Part shown: one piece after another, positions 28,674 through 37,450 of the stretch | How the letters are laid out: each line of letters begins with the position of its first letter | How positions within the stretch are numbered: position 1 is the stretch's first letter | DNA from: Escherichia phage PhaxI | Length of the DNA stretch: 64,000 bases | Sequence record: JN673056 | Direction: 5' to 3' (one strand) | Notes under the pieces: generated by a model | Database searches by the model: none | Seen by the model: the letters and a program-made list of their open reading frames with translations, nothing else | What the model was told of the DNA's origin: nothing | Made by a program: the position numbers and the translations under genes

Positions 28674-29447
28674 TTAGCGATCCGCCCAGATTCCTTTCTG
28701 TTCTTTATCCATTTTGTGATACAGGCGAACACGATCAAACATTTTAGAAATAACGTCTTTGCGATCGAATTCGATTATGGTGGGAACAAGGGCATTTTCG
28801 TTGGATATAATATTGATTAAACGCTCTATCTTAACATTAAACATCTGTTGAAACATGACTGAGTATAGGCACAATTGAATACTATAATCTTCTATCATGC
28901 TTCGAGTTTTCAGGGTGTTGGATGTTTTGAAATCGATTATGCTAGGGATTCCCTCGTAAACGCCGATGAGGTCAACACGACCAGCAAGACCCAGGACTTC
29001 GCTATATAACGGAATCTCCTGTGCGTATATCTTGCTCATTTTGTTCAGGTAGGGGAAGACCTGTTTAAACATAAACACGTATTCCCCTGCGGCTTCTAAC
29101 ACTTCCTTCATCGGCCTGTTTTTGAGATACAACTCACAAGCCAAATGAAGTTTTTCCCCACGGTCTGCGCAACGATGTGTTTCTATATCAGCAGCTTCAT
29201 GTCCCAACTTGTCCCGCCAGGCTTCTAACCATGTGTGGTCACCAGTACGCCCTAACATGGTCGTCACTGAAGTCAGTTTGACTCCAGTGGGAGAAACATA
29301 GTGACGACCATTTTCGGTAGTTACGCAAGTCAGTTCCTTAAACGGCAAGGAATATTGCTGAAATGTATGATGACGATTTTCAAAGTCATTAAGTTTGCGC
29401 AAAGCCTGTAGAGAAACCATTACATCCCATCCAAATATTTTCGCCAA
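28674..29447 (-). CDS. putative PD-(D/E)XK family nuclease
   Basis: GRVDLIGVYEGIPSIIDFKTS resembles the D..(D/E)xK core of RecB/Cas4-type nucleases; weak. Confidence 0.35.
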   Translation of the reverse strand: MAKIFGWDVMVSLQALRKLNDFENRHHTFQQYSLPFKELTCVTTENGRHYVSPTGVKLTSVTTMLGRTGDHTWLEAWRDKLGHEAADIETHRCADRGEKLHLACELYLKNRPMKEVLEAAGEYVFMFKQVFPYLNKMSKIYAQEIPLYSEVLGLAGRVDLIGVYEGIPSIIDFKTSNTLKTRSMIEDYSIQLCLYSVMFQQMFNVKIERLINIISNENALVPTIIEFDRKDVISKMFDRVRLYHKMDKEQKGIWADR

Positions 29448-29875
29448 TCAATAGCATTCTTCACTTCATATCCGAGTTTGTTCAAACGATCTAAGCAACT
29501 TTCGATAAACTTGACTTTGGCTTTCTGCTCCTGAAGCATGCTAGACAATTCGATATAATCATTATCTGCCTTTACCCATACGTCTATATCAGATTTCAGG
29601 GGTTTAACTTTTAATGGGCGTTCAACATAAACATTGGGCGGCAATTCCCCTGCATAAAATCGGCGTAAATAAAGATCTATTCGGCGGAATTTGCCAGTTA
29701 GATACTCAAGATATCTTCCTTCCCGAATATAATGGCGTTGCACAGTCATCCACGAACGACCAATTTTCAATGACATTTGGTCTAAGTTCATGTCTTCAGG
29801 ATTTACCGAAATAAGAGGATCCAATTCTGCCATTATATCTTCGGTTTTCATCGTTTCAAGTTTTGTTTCGCTCAT
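29420..29875 (-). CDS. uvsY: UvsY-like recombination mediator
   Basis: Position downstream of uvsW; by-eye alignment with remembered T4 UvsY (LRRFYAGEL vs ARLDYYSG; LKSDIDVWVKADNDYIELSSML vs MKTVLSADKDVLKVDTSLQY; CLDRLNKLGYEVKNAIDWRKYLDG vs ALDAIKSRGFAIKHIQDMRAFEAG). Confidence 0.5.
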   Translation of the reverse strand: MSETKLETMKTEDIMAELDPLISVNPEDMNLDQMSLKIGRSWMTVQRHYIREGRYLEYLTGKFRRIDLYLRRFYAGELPPNVYVERPLKVKPLKSDIDVWVKADNDYIELSSMLQEQKAKVKFIESCLDRLNKLGYEVKNAIDWRKYLDGM

Positions 29876-29913
29876 GATTTATTCCCTGCTGTTTCAACTC
29901 TCTGTATTATAAC

Positions 29914-30411
29914 TTATTGTTTATCAATTTCGCGGGTGACGCGAGTCGGAGTCAGTTTCAAATATTTGAACGTAACAGTCGTGACCAGTTGGGGAACCGC
30001 AGCATCCACATCCACCAATACGTTGTCCAAAGCTGTGGGACGGGCTTCTTCCAACAACAATTGTAGACCAATAGGTCGATTCATGTTATCAAGAAGGTCG
30101 ATGGTGATGTCGCGGCTGACAGCTAAATCAGATCCAGCATTGGACGCAATCCAATTGTAAATCTGTTCCCAGTTGTACCAACTCTCATCGATAACGAACG
30201 TAAATACGATGGGGTCATACGTGAGACGTTCTGAAGGTATAGAGTTTAGGACATCGCCAGGGGATGGGCCTTCGATACCTTCAGAATACACGCCAGGGAT
30301 ACTGAAGTCATGTATCGAACGGGTTAACAGCACCAGGTCTCCGATAGTTAAGCGCCATTTATCGGAAGCCGCGAAATTAGGATTTTCGTTTTTGAATTGT
30401 ACACCTGTCAT
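29914..30411 (-). CDS. hypothetical protein, possibly tail-tube-family (gp19/gp48/gp54-like) structural protein
   Basis: Weak resemblance of C-terminal half to tail tube proteins; T4 has baseplate genes after uvsY. Confidence 0.25.
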   Translation of the reverse strand: MTGVQFKNENPNFAASDKWRLTIGDLVLLTRSIHDFSIPGVYSEGIEGPSPGDVLNSIPSERLTYDPIVFTFVIDESWYNWEQIYNWIASNAGSDLAVSRDITIDLLDNMNRPIGLQLLLEEARPTALDNVLVDVDAAVPQLVTTVTFKYLKLTPTRVTREIDKQ

Positions 30412-30474
30412 GTTAGCACCTTTGCTGTGGAGAACGTTTTAGTGTTCCTGATACGTGGATTCAGAAAATGGATC

Positions 30475-31095
30475 ATGACGATGATAATGGTTCTTGTACT
30501 TACAAGCTGCCGTATCTTTGTCACGTCCGTCATTTCTGTCACCGATCTTTGGGATCCTGAAATCAGAACTATACCAGTCAATATTTCTGCTGATGTCGAC
30601 AAATGTAATAAAAAGTTACTGAATCAAGTTGTGGCAGACTTCCAGAATTTCCAAACCATACAAGTCGTCGGTTGTTTTTATGATAACAACCAGGCGTTGA
30701 GACCGTACTGGAAAACCACGATCCCTCTATTGAGGAAAGGTGATGAGGGAAAAATCCCTTATCTGTCTGCCAGTATTTACTACTCACAAAACAACAGCAT
30801 CATAGCCACATTCAATCCATCTTTCTTTGAAAAATTGAGGAGATATACAACAGCAAGAAATGTGGAATTGACAATGGATATCACGATATCTTTTCAGATA
30901 ATTAACAACACAAAAACGCCTATTCGGATTGCTACTCAAGGCGTTTTTGTGAATGGGTCTGCTGTTGGAAACGAGATGAACATCTATGAGATAAGGCCAG
31001 GGGGTAAGGTTTGGATTCGCCTGAGCGATGTTGGAGTGGACTCCCTGATGATCGAAGGCATCGAACCAGTGGGAGTCCTCCCTGCTCGTCATTGA
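30475..31095 (+). CDS. putative lipoprotein/membrane protein, plus-strand
   Basis: Internal ATG 30475 gives MTMIMVLVLTSC with lipobox-like LTSC; start uncertain (track ORF begins TTG 30397). Confidence 0.3.
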   Translation: MTMIMVLVLTSCRIFVTSVISVTDLWDPEIRTIPVNISADVDKCNKKLLNQVVADFQNFQTIQVVGCFYDNNQALRPYWKTTIPLLRKGDEGKIPYLSASIYYSQNNSIIATFNPSFFEKLRRYTTARNVELTMDITISFQIINNTKTPIRIATQGVFVNGSAVGNEMNIYEIRPGGKVWIRLSDVGVDSLMIEGIEPVGVLPARH

Positions 31096-31096
31096 T

Positions 31097-31825
31097 TTAT
31101 TTCAGGGATTCTTTTAATGCTGGAGTCCCTATTTTGTCAATAACACCTCCGGCGCACAGATCTTTAGCCCATTCCGCGAGCACGTTAGCAAAAGAGAAAT
31201 TCAAGCACTCTTTGATCATACTTTCAATATGAGCAAGTTCTGCAGCTATCCCATCGGTGATATCGTTTATAACTCCATTGACGGCGGTTATTGCCTCATT
31301 GATATGTCCTGTTACTTCAGCAGCCAATTGCTGTAGTTTTGCCATCCCTTCTGAGGCACCTTCCATAATCATGTCATACAATTCCGATATCTTGTTAGTC
31401 ACAGTCTGGAGAGCGCCTTCCATAGCATTCAGCCATTGGCGTCCTAAATCCTGAACAACACCAAAAGCCTTGTTGATCAGATCACAATTGTTTGGTTCCC
31501 GTGATATACTTTTCAAACCTGATTTATATGAAACGGAAGTCCCAATTCTTGAATACGCTTCATTTACACTCTGGTCGCCATATGTGTTCAGTGTCGTTAT
31601 CCCCGTGTTGGCAGAGCTATACATGTTTGTGGCTGCTGTAAGTTTATCTGGTGTTAATCCACCTGCTGACATAGCCACCTGCATCTCCGGAGTCGCGTTG
31701 GCAGTTATCAATGGTATATTGGTACTACCACTGGTGATTAAATCCTGTGAGGGACCGGAGAGGGACGGAAGCGGGTTGCTAAATGCATTACCAGAGGAAA
31801 GGACATCGTAGATTTGTGCGTTCAT
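31097..31825 (-). CDS. hypothetical protein (242 aa)
   Basis: Long ORF; Ser/Thr/Ala-rich N-terminal half. Confidence 0.45.
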   Translation of the reverse strand: MNAQIYDVLSSGNAFSNPLPSLSGPSQDLITSGSTNIPLITANATPEMQVAMSAGGLTPDKLTAATNMYSSANTGITTLNTYGDQSVNEAYSRIGTSVSYKSGLKSISREPNNCDLINKAFGVVQDLGRQWLNAMEGALQTVTNKISELYDMIMEGASEGMAKLQQLAAEVTGHINEAITAVNGVINDITDGIAAELAHIESMIKECLNFSFANVLAEWAKDLCAGGVIDKIGTPALKESLK

Positions 31826-31855
31826 AAAAATACCCCCAATTTTGGGGGTATTTAA

Positions 31856-32018
31856 TCATGGTAGATGATAAATAAAGTTTTCCGAGAACTTTTTGGCAAA
31901 CTTCTTCAGAAAGATGAATTTGGGGTCACGTGGGATACCCTTCATGTCATCTAAAGTAATAAAACAGATGCGCGCCATGAAGTACATGGTAAATGCGACA
32001 CAAAGCACCAACAGTATT
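31856..32018 (-). CDS. small single-pass membrane protein (54 aa)
   Basis: ATG 32016-32018 with SD GAGGAG; hydrophobic MLQILLVLCVAFTMYFMARICFI then basic tail KKFAKKF. Confidence 0.4.
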
Positions 32019-32056
32019 TGTAACATGGTATAACTCCTCATGGGTGGCAAATTTAT

Positions 32057-32524
32057 TTATAACAATCGTTTGGTTTTGGGTTTGCCCATGAGAGTGATAT
32101 TGACATTTATTCCCGCTTTCTTCATGCGCTTGATCATGTCTTGCGTCCCAGTAGACGAACCATCCCATAATGCAATTCCAAAGACCCTCAAGATCTTTTT
32201 GCTTTGCCACGATAGAGCATTGTCAGCATATCTTGGGTTGCGTTGATTCCCTGCGCTTTCCCATAATAATGTATGGTAATTCTTAGGAATTGCCATCGGG
32301 GTGATATGGACATAATTGATTTCACACCAATCACGGGATATCAGGTCGACACCCACCGCTTCGCCTTCTATAAAAGTTTCGATCTCGTGCGGATCTAACA
32401 GTTCATCCAGTTTGGTGAATATTTTGTCCCGTTCGGTTATAGAACGGGAACCCGTTATAAGAACGATATACTTCTTCATAGAACTCACAGCGCCCCAAGA
32501 TTGCTGATGACGTACAGGCTGCAT
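32057..32524 (-). CDS. DUF2493/SLOG-like Rossmann-fold protein
   Basis: IVLITGSRSITERDKIFTKLDELL..ETFIEGEAVGVDLISRDWC resembles the G-x-R ... G-A-x-G-x-D motifs of DUF2493-type phage proteins. Confidence 0.4.
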   Translation of the reverse strand: MQPVRHQQSWGAVSSMKKYIVLITGSRSITERDKIFTKLDELLDPHEIETFIEGEAVGVDLISRDWCEINYVHITPMAIPKNYHTLLWESAGNQRNPRYADNALSWQSKKILRVFGIALWDGSSTGTQDMIKRMKKAGINVNITLMGKPKTKRLL

Positions 32525-32844
32525 AGCGGGGTTCCTGACGAACGCGGTTCTATGTTCATCCCTGATAGGCGGATCAGTTCCAGCAAACCGTCGGTGGTCT
32601 GATACGCTCGAGTCGAACCGTTCGGACGATATAGCTCCAACTCGGTTCGCCCTTCCTTTAATGCGTTGCGGATACGGGTAAAGACACTATGTTCTTGATA
32701 TTTTTGGCGCAGAAGATCCAAGCGTGTGATGACGTTGCGACTACGGGTGCGCCGCCGAGGTGAAGAAACAACCAATTTCATTTCCGGTGATTTACAAGCC
32801 ATGTTGTAGTCCTCTATTTGTAGGGGAGGGTATGCGTTTAACAT
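32485..32844 (-). CDS. hypothetical protein (119 aa)
   Basis: ORF in operon. Confidence 0.35.
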   Translation of the reverse strand: MLNAYPPLQIEDYNMACKSPEMKLVVSSPRRRTRSRNVITRLDLLRQKYQEHSVFTRIRNALKEGRTELELYRPNGSTRAYQTTDGLLELIRLSGMNIEPRSSGTPLCSLYVISNLGAL

Positions 32845-32869
32845 ACCCCATTCAATGTTTTAGAACAAA

Positions 32870-33334
32870 TTACAGATCCTGACATTGATCACAATAATCG
32901 TCATATGTGAAAGTTTCATCACATAACCCGTCGCGGATCATATCCGCTTTGGCTTCACCAAACCTTTTTAACGTGATGACATTGCCGTCCAGATCGGTGC
33001 GCAGCGTCGTGGGCTTATTCTCAACGAAATCAAATACAACGAAGAAACCGTCAGTAATATATTTCACGGTTTTATTGGCTAGTTTGCGCATTTGTCCGTT
33101 CTTTTTAAAGATTGAAATGCGTAAGTTTTCAAATTCAGAAATATTGTCATCATGGTTTTTCAGAGCGCTCAACATTTCGTCGAGTTCAACTTCAGGGCGA
33201 AACATCTTAACTTTGTCTTCACGGTCATATGAAATAGATGATTGTATATCAGAAATTCCAAATCCATTTTTAACGAATGCGTCGAATTTGCTGAAATTGT
33301 TGAATGCCCAGACGGAGATTTTTACGATTGCCAT
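32870..33334 (-). CDS. hypothetical protein (154 aa)
   Basis: ORF in operon. Confidence 0.4.
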   Translation of the reverse strand: MAIVKISVWAFNNFSKFDAFVKNGFGISDIQSSISYDREDKVKMFRPEVELDEMLSALKNHDDNISEFENLRISIFKKNGQMRKLANKTVKYITDGFFVVFDFVENKPTTLRTDLDGNVITLKRFGEAKADMIRDGLCDETFTYDDYCDQCQDL

Positions 33335-33388
33335 GATGTATGTCCTTCATTTCAGAGTCAGTGTTGTGCTGCTTATGGAATGAAGTAT

Positions 33389-33445
33389 ACGGGGTTTATT
33401 GAAGAAGTAAACCCCGTTTATTGAAGAAGTAAACCCCGTTTATTG
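33389..33445 (-). repeat. tandem direct repeat (2.3 copies of a 25-bp unit GTTTATTGAAGAAGTAAACCCCG) forming alternative hairpins GGGGTTTA/TAAACCCC
   Basis: Visible as ggggtttattgaagaagtaaaccccgtttattgaagaagtaaaccccgtttattgaa; sits between stop of 33460-33696 and start of 32870-33334. Confidence 0.7.
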
Positions 33446-33459
33446 AATAAATTTAAAAA

Positions 33460-33696
33460 TTATTTGAAGCGATCCGGAAGGGTGTCGTGAACCTCGGCGC
33501 TCAGCACCAGGAACTTGCCGTCTTTAGTAGGGAAGCAGTAATCTTTCTTGATATGAAGCATGTGTTCAGCTGTAGCTGCTACGCAGTCGTCAGTCACATC
33601 AGTCTTCTCACCGACCCACATGCTGGTCTTGGTGTTCAAAGTTCCCTGGAAGATTGTCCCCGTGAGGGGGCTTGCGCCGATCTTTTTGATCCTCAT
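33460..33696 (-). CDS. hypothetical protein (78 aa)
   Basis: ORF followed by tandem hairpin repeat. Confidence 0.4.
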   Translation of the reverse strand: MRIKKIGASPLTGTIFQGTLNTKTSMWVGEKTDVTDDCVAATAEHMLHIKKDYCFPTKDGKFLVLSAEVHDTLPDRFK

Positions 33697-33704
33697 AATT
33701 GACC

Positions 33705-34145
33705 TCAGTTAATACGGAACAAATGTGGATAGCCACCAGGATGACCCTGGCCAGTAACGAACACGTCGAATTTTGAACCCTTGATCAGGCCAGGCAGATT
33801 GCCGGAGTCCAGCAATTCACGGATCTGATCCATCGCCAACATCCAGGTTTTGGCAGGTTCGGCTTCTGCTTCTCCTCGATTGAGTACGAGTTCACCTTCG
33901 GAATAGAACTTCCCGCTGTCCTTCATATAGTACAACGTGATATGAATGTACTGAGGGGACGGAACTAAACGCCAACCGTCGTCGATCAGATCTTGGCGAT
34001 CATTGTCCAGTGACTGATAATCAATATCACCAGATGGCAAACCATAGCTGCGCATGTAGCGGAACTTCTCAACACGATCTTTCACGTCGGAGATGAAGAA
34101 CTCCTTCGTAGCGGGGCTGATGAATATGTATTTTTCTTTTGACAT
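33705..34145 (-). CDS. hypothetical protein (146 aa)
   Basis: ORF in operon. Confidence 0.4.
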   Translation of the reverse strand: MSKEKYIFISPATKEFFISDVKDRVEKFRYMRSYGLPSGDIDYQSLDNDRQDLIDDGWRLVPSPQYIHITLYYMKDSGKFYSEGELVLNRGEAEAEPAKTWMLAMDQIRELLDSGNLPGLIKGSKFDVFVTGQGHPGGYPHLFRIN

Positions 34146-34205
34146 AATATAGATCTCTCAGTGATAGACAATATCATGATAGCACTGAGGGTAGATAAAG
34201 AAAAA

Positions 34206-34523
34206 CTACATGAAATCTTTTACCCATTCAGGGTCTTCCATAGGAACCCAATTTTCGTATTTGAACATTTTGTACATGTTATAGAACACTCGAATATTAT
34301 TCCCGTCGTTCATCCGGTTACAAAATCGTTCATGCCCCCAACCTTCATTCTTCCATAATTGATAGAATTGGTCAGCCATAGCCCAAACGTGTTGTAATGG
34401 TTTGGCTCTATTCGTTTGCCAAATGCTCAGAGAAGAGTTTCTTACTTTATTGGTGGCTGATACCTTTTCCCCAAATCCAGCGGGCTTCTTACGTCCTCTC
34501 AGGGAATCTGAAATGGAAGCCAA
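34206..34523 (-). CDS. hypothetical protein (105 aa)
   Basis: ORF in operon. Confidence 0.35.
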   Translation of the reverse strand: MASISDSLRGRKKPAGFGEKVSATNKVRNSSLSIWQTNRAKPLQHVWAMADQFYQLWKNEGWGHERFCNRMNDGNNIRVFYNMYKMFKYENWVPMEDPEWVKDFM

Positions 34524-34654
34524 CTCTTCGGGAGTTTTTGTTCTATTCTTATTGGTTGTATTGATTTTGTTTCTTAATTGTTGGTACGCTTCTGTTTGTT
34601 GGAAAGCCTTGACACCATCCCTTTGTGCTTCAGACCAAGTGGTTCCTGTTTTCC

Positions 34655-35053
34655 CTAATTTAATTCTTTCTCTTGTCTCCTTTGTCCTCTTTTTACCTTT
34701 GTTTGACGAAGAAATTTTCTGTCGTACCTTTTCAGAAGGAGTGCCGTATGTGCCCAGATGGACAGGCGTCCCATCTTTACGACAAAGGAAATTGATTCAA
34801 ACAACCCAGGAAACTTATGAGTCTTTGATATTAATAATCCTTCTACGCGTAGAGCATCTTCAGGAGTTTCACATACCATAACAATCTTGGTTTCAAAGAA
34901 TTCTAACCCATTTTCTTCTATCAAAGATTTAACTGGGAAGGAAGAAGTGAAATATGTTGCCCACAAATCATCAGGATGGCAATCTTTGGAATAACGACAT
35001 CCGTAATAGAAATGTCCTTGTTTAGATTTTATTCTGTACACATATGGGGTCAT
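34655..35053 (-). CDS. GIY-YIG-like nuclease domain protein (short, possible homing endonuclease remnant)
   Basis: N-terminus YVYRIKSKQGHFYYGCR fits the GIY-(x9-11)-YIG-x-R pattern, later conserved Glu (RVEGLL); only 132 aa, no DNA-binding domain. Confidence 0.35.
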   Translation of the reverse strand: MTPYVYRIKSKQGHFYYGCRYSKDCHPDDLWATYFTSSFPVKSLIEENGLEFFETKIVMVCETPEDALRVEGLLISKTHKFPGLFESISFVVKMGRLSIWAHTALLLKRYDRKFLRQTKVKRGQRRQEKELN

Positions 35054-35100
35054 AATGATCTCCTTTCTGAGTAATATAACCCCATATCTTAGAAAAGAAA

Positions 35101-35120
35101 ACCCCGCACATGGCGGGGTT
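35101..35120 (-). terminator. rho-independent terminator after major capsid gene (AAACCCCGCC-ATGT-GCGGGGTTTTCTTTTCT on minus strand)
   Basis: 7-bp GC stem and T-run immediately 3-prime of gp23 stop. Confidence 0.75.
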
Positions 35121-35150
35121 TGATTATAGCGTAAGTCTTTGTTTTAGCTA

Positions 35151-36473
35151 TTAAAACAGCGACTTTATCAGCCCCTTCCTGAAATACGGGTTGCTGTCTT
35201 GAGCAATACCGTCAGCAGTCACGTAAACCTGCGGGTCTTGGTTAGCCGGAATCTGAACGAACGGGTTAGCACAGATGCCGTAACGGGTTTTGAACGCCAT
35301 ACGCGGAGCGAAGGTGGTTTCACCCTGGGTGCGGTACATTTCCAGCGGCACATACGGCGCGAAGAAGATACCGGCATCCAGCGCAGTTGCGCCTTTGTAT
35401 GCCAGAGTGATATATTCTGCTACAGCATACGGGTCAACATAGACGCACATACCGTTGGACAGAACACCAGCGAAGGTCTGGCCAGTCGGGTCAACAGCCA
35501 GTTTAGTGTTTTCCTGCAGAACCGGAGCATAGTCCAGCATGCCAGACATCGCCAGAGCGGATGCCACGTTCGGAGAACACAGAACACGGTTGCCTTTACC
35601 ACGACGGGTGTCAACACCGATACCGTTCGCTTCAACTTCCAGCATGAAAGTCAGGAACTTCCATTTTTCCAGCGCCCAACGACCAGAGATGTCCTGCGCG
35701 ATATCAACAACACCGTTGGTGCCGAATTTTTTGAAGCGAACAGCACTGAAGTTCATGGTACGGATGAATTCACGGTTCATTTCCGCCTGAATTTCAGTTA
35801 CCATCACGTCAGACAGGATATTGTCCACGTCTTCGCCGTGAATTGCCATCATATCCTGACGCAGTTCATGGCTGTAATCAGCATACAGGCCGCGAGACTT
35901 GGCAGTAACGGTCGCTTTCTGAACGGTGATACCAACACGCGCCCACGGATTGGTGGTAGTACCCAGCAGTTCCGCGTCGGTTGACGGCATACCTTTACCG
36001 ATAGTGGTCACGACAGAGCCGGAACCTTCGATCTCAGCCTGACTGAAGCCTGACGGGTCGCCAGCCTGCACAGTGCCATCACCAGAGTAGCCGGAATCGG
36101 CTTCCTGCATGAACAGTTCTTTACGCGCCTGAGCGGTAGTAGAACCGTCGCCAACGCCTTGGCGAGCACGCAGTGCGAAGATCTGACCATCAGGACCAGA
36201 CAGCGGCTGAACGCCGAAGAAGTCCATCGCGATGTTGATCGGCGCCAGACGTTTTGCCATGTCGATCAGGACTGGCTGCCATTTACCGACAGTGCTGTTT
36301 ACAGAACCAGGAGCGTCGGATTCGCCCAGGTTTTTAGCGTTCCACTCGGCCTGGTTTTGCATCAGACGGATGGTTACGTTTTCGGCAGACAGAGGTTGGA
36401 TGGCTTCAGATTCTTTTTGGAGAACTGGCAGCCACTGTTTGCGCATTTCTTCGGTTACAAGTTTCTTAGTCAT
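35151..36473 (-). CDS. major capsid protein (T4 gp23-like)
   Basis: Blocks FGVQPLSGPDGQIFALRA, PWARVGITVQKATVTAKSRGLYADYSHELRQDMMAIHGED, YFAPYVPLEMY..FKTRYGICANPF, NPYFRKGL match remembered T4 gp23 (FDICGVQPMNSPTGQVFALRA, AKSRQLKAAYSIELAQDLRAVHGMD, YYAPYVALTPL..FKTRYGIGINPF, NAYFRRV). Confidence 0.9.
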   Translation of the reverse strand: MTKKLVTEEMRKQWLPVLQKESEAIQPLSAENVTIRLMQNQAEWNAKNLGESDAPGSVNSTVGKWQPVLIDMAKRLAPINIAMDFFGVQPLSGPDGQIFALRARQGVGDGSTTAQARKELFMQEADSGYSGDGTVQAGDPSGFSQAEIEGSGSVVTTIGKGMPSTDAELLGTTTNPWARVGITVQKATVTAKSRGLYADYSHELRQDMMAIHGEDVDNILSDVMVTEIQAEMNREFIRTMNFSAVRFKKFGTNGVVDIAQDISGRWALEKWKFLTFMLEVEANGIGVDTRRGKGNRVLCSPNVASALAMSGMLDYAPVLQENTKLAVDPTGQTFAGVLSNGMCVYVDPYAVAEYITLAYKGATALDAGIFFAPYVPLEMYRTQGETTFAPRMAFKTRYGICANPFVQIPANQDPQVYVTADGIAQDSNPYFRKGLIKSLF

Positions 36474-36512
36474 GATGCTCGTTCCTTACATTGATATTCA
36501 GTTAAGTTGAAA

Positions 36513-36520
36513 TTACTTAG
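36513..36520 (-). promoter_or_regulatory. late-promoter-like motif variant CTAAGTAA about 40 nt upstream of gp23
   Basis: Variant of the recurring CTAAATA motif. Confidence 0.25.
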
Positions 36521-36564
36521 TAGTTCAAAATCAAGCCCCCTTTCGAGGGCTGTGGCTGCTAAAA

Positions 36565-37404
36565 TTAGCCGTTCAGCAAGGCGCTGATCTGGCGACGGAC
36601 GGCTTCGTTGACTTCTTTGCCAACTTCGTCTTTGTCGTCGTCGTCTTTGTCGTCGCCAACATCATCACCTTCTTTTTTCTGTTTCTTACCTTCTTTGATG
36701 TCTTTTTCAGCCTTGTCACCATCCGGCTTACCCTTTTCATTGTCTTTACCGACTTTGTCAGAGAAGTCATCTTTACCTTCTACCAGATTACGGAAGGTGC
36801 GAACACGCGATTCGAATTCAGACTCGGTCTGGAATTCAATACCTTCCAGCAGGTTGACAACAGTGTCTTTCTTGGTGTCAACCATGCCTTCACAAATGCG
36901 ATCAATTACGTCGGTGCGCTGGCGTTTAGTCTCGCTTTCTTTGAGTTGGCTCAACTCTGTATTAGCCATATTGGCGCGTTGTTCTGCTTCAGCAAGGCGA
37001 CTGGTGAGGGCGGCAATCTGACCGTCTGGGTCAGTAGCGAAACTCACACCTGCTTCTTTCAGCACGTTGGAGAAACCAGTGAGGAAGCGTTCAGCAGCTT
37101 CAGTTTTGATCTGAGCGTCAATAGCTGGGGCATTTTTGTTAGCCCATTCTTCAACCACCGCGTTGAGGAATGAGTCAACTTTCCCAGCCAATTGCAGAAT
37201 GAAATTTTCTTTCAGGTCGGCGATTTCTTTCTGGTGAGATTCTACCAAATTCAGGCGCTCGACGTTGCCAGCTGCTTCGGTTTCTTGGATAGCTTTCAGA
37301 CGAGCCGCTTCAACTTTCGATTCCAGCAAATTGGATACTTTATCCAGGAAATCTGGGCTGATGCCGTTAACGCCTTCAAACAGATTTTGCAATTCAGGTT
37401 TCAT
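36565..37404 (-). CDS. prohead scaffold/core protein (T4 gp22-like)
   Basis: Position between gp21 and gp23; coiled-coil, highly acidic/lysine-rich C-terminal region (KDDDDKDEVGK). Confidence 0.6.
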   Translation of the reverse strand: MKPELQNLFEGVNGISPDFLDKVSNLLESKVEAARLKAIQETEAAGNVERLNLVESHQKEIADLKENFILQLAGKVDSFLNAVVEEWANKNAPAIDAQIKTEAAERFLTGFSNVLKEAGVSFATDPDGQIAALTSRLAEAEQRANMANTELSQLKESETKRQRTDVIDRICEGMVDTKKDTVVNLLEGIEFQTESEFESRVRTFRNLVEGKDDFSDKVGKDNEKGKPDGDKAEKDIKEGKKQKKEGDDVGDDKDDDDKDEVGKEVNEAVRRQISALLNG

Positions 37405-37431
37405 GATAGTTTCCTTCTGAACGATTTTTCA

Positions 37432-37439
37432 GTATTTAG
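37432..37439 (-). promoter_or_regulatory. late-promoter-like motif CTAAATAC, 28 nt upstream of gp22 start
   Basis: Minus-strand CTAAATAC; same motif recurs before gp18, gp14, gp67-like, the 1612-aa gene and a tailspike gene. Confidence 0.4.
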
Positions 37440-37450
37440 TGAGCTGAAAT

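Noticed and set aside
31947-32210. 87-aa ORF overlapping both the small membrane protein gene and the DUF2493-like gene
   Set aside because: Only 39 nt of intergenic space exists here and the flanking genes have proper start signals; ORF judged spurious.
33389-33445. Tandem repeat considered as a CRISPR array
   Set aside because: Only two full copies, no spacers, and the unit is a self-complementary hairpin; fits a terminator duplication instead.
35199-35984. 261-aa plus-strand ORF antisense to the major capsid gene (and similar antisense ORFs such as 42534-43103, 19465-20013, 25937-26446)
   Set aside because: They lie entirely inside well-supported minus-strand genes, have odd composition and no ribosome-binding sites; treated as antisense artefacts.
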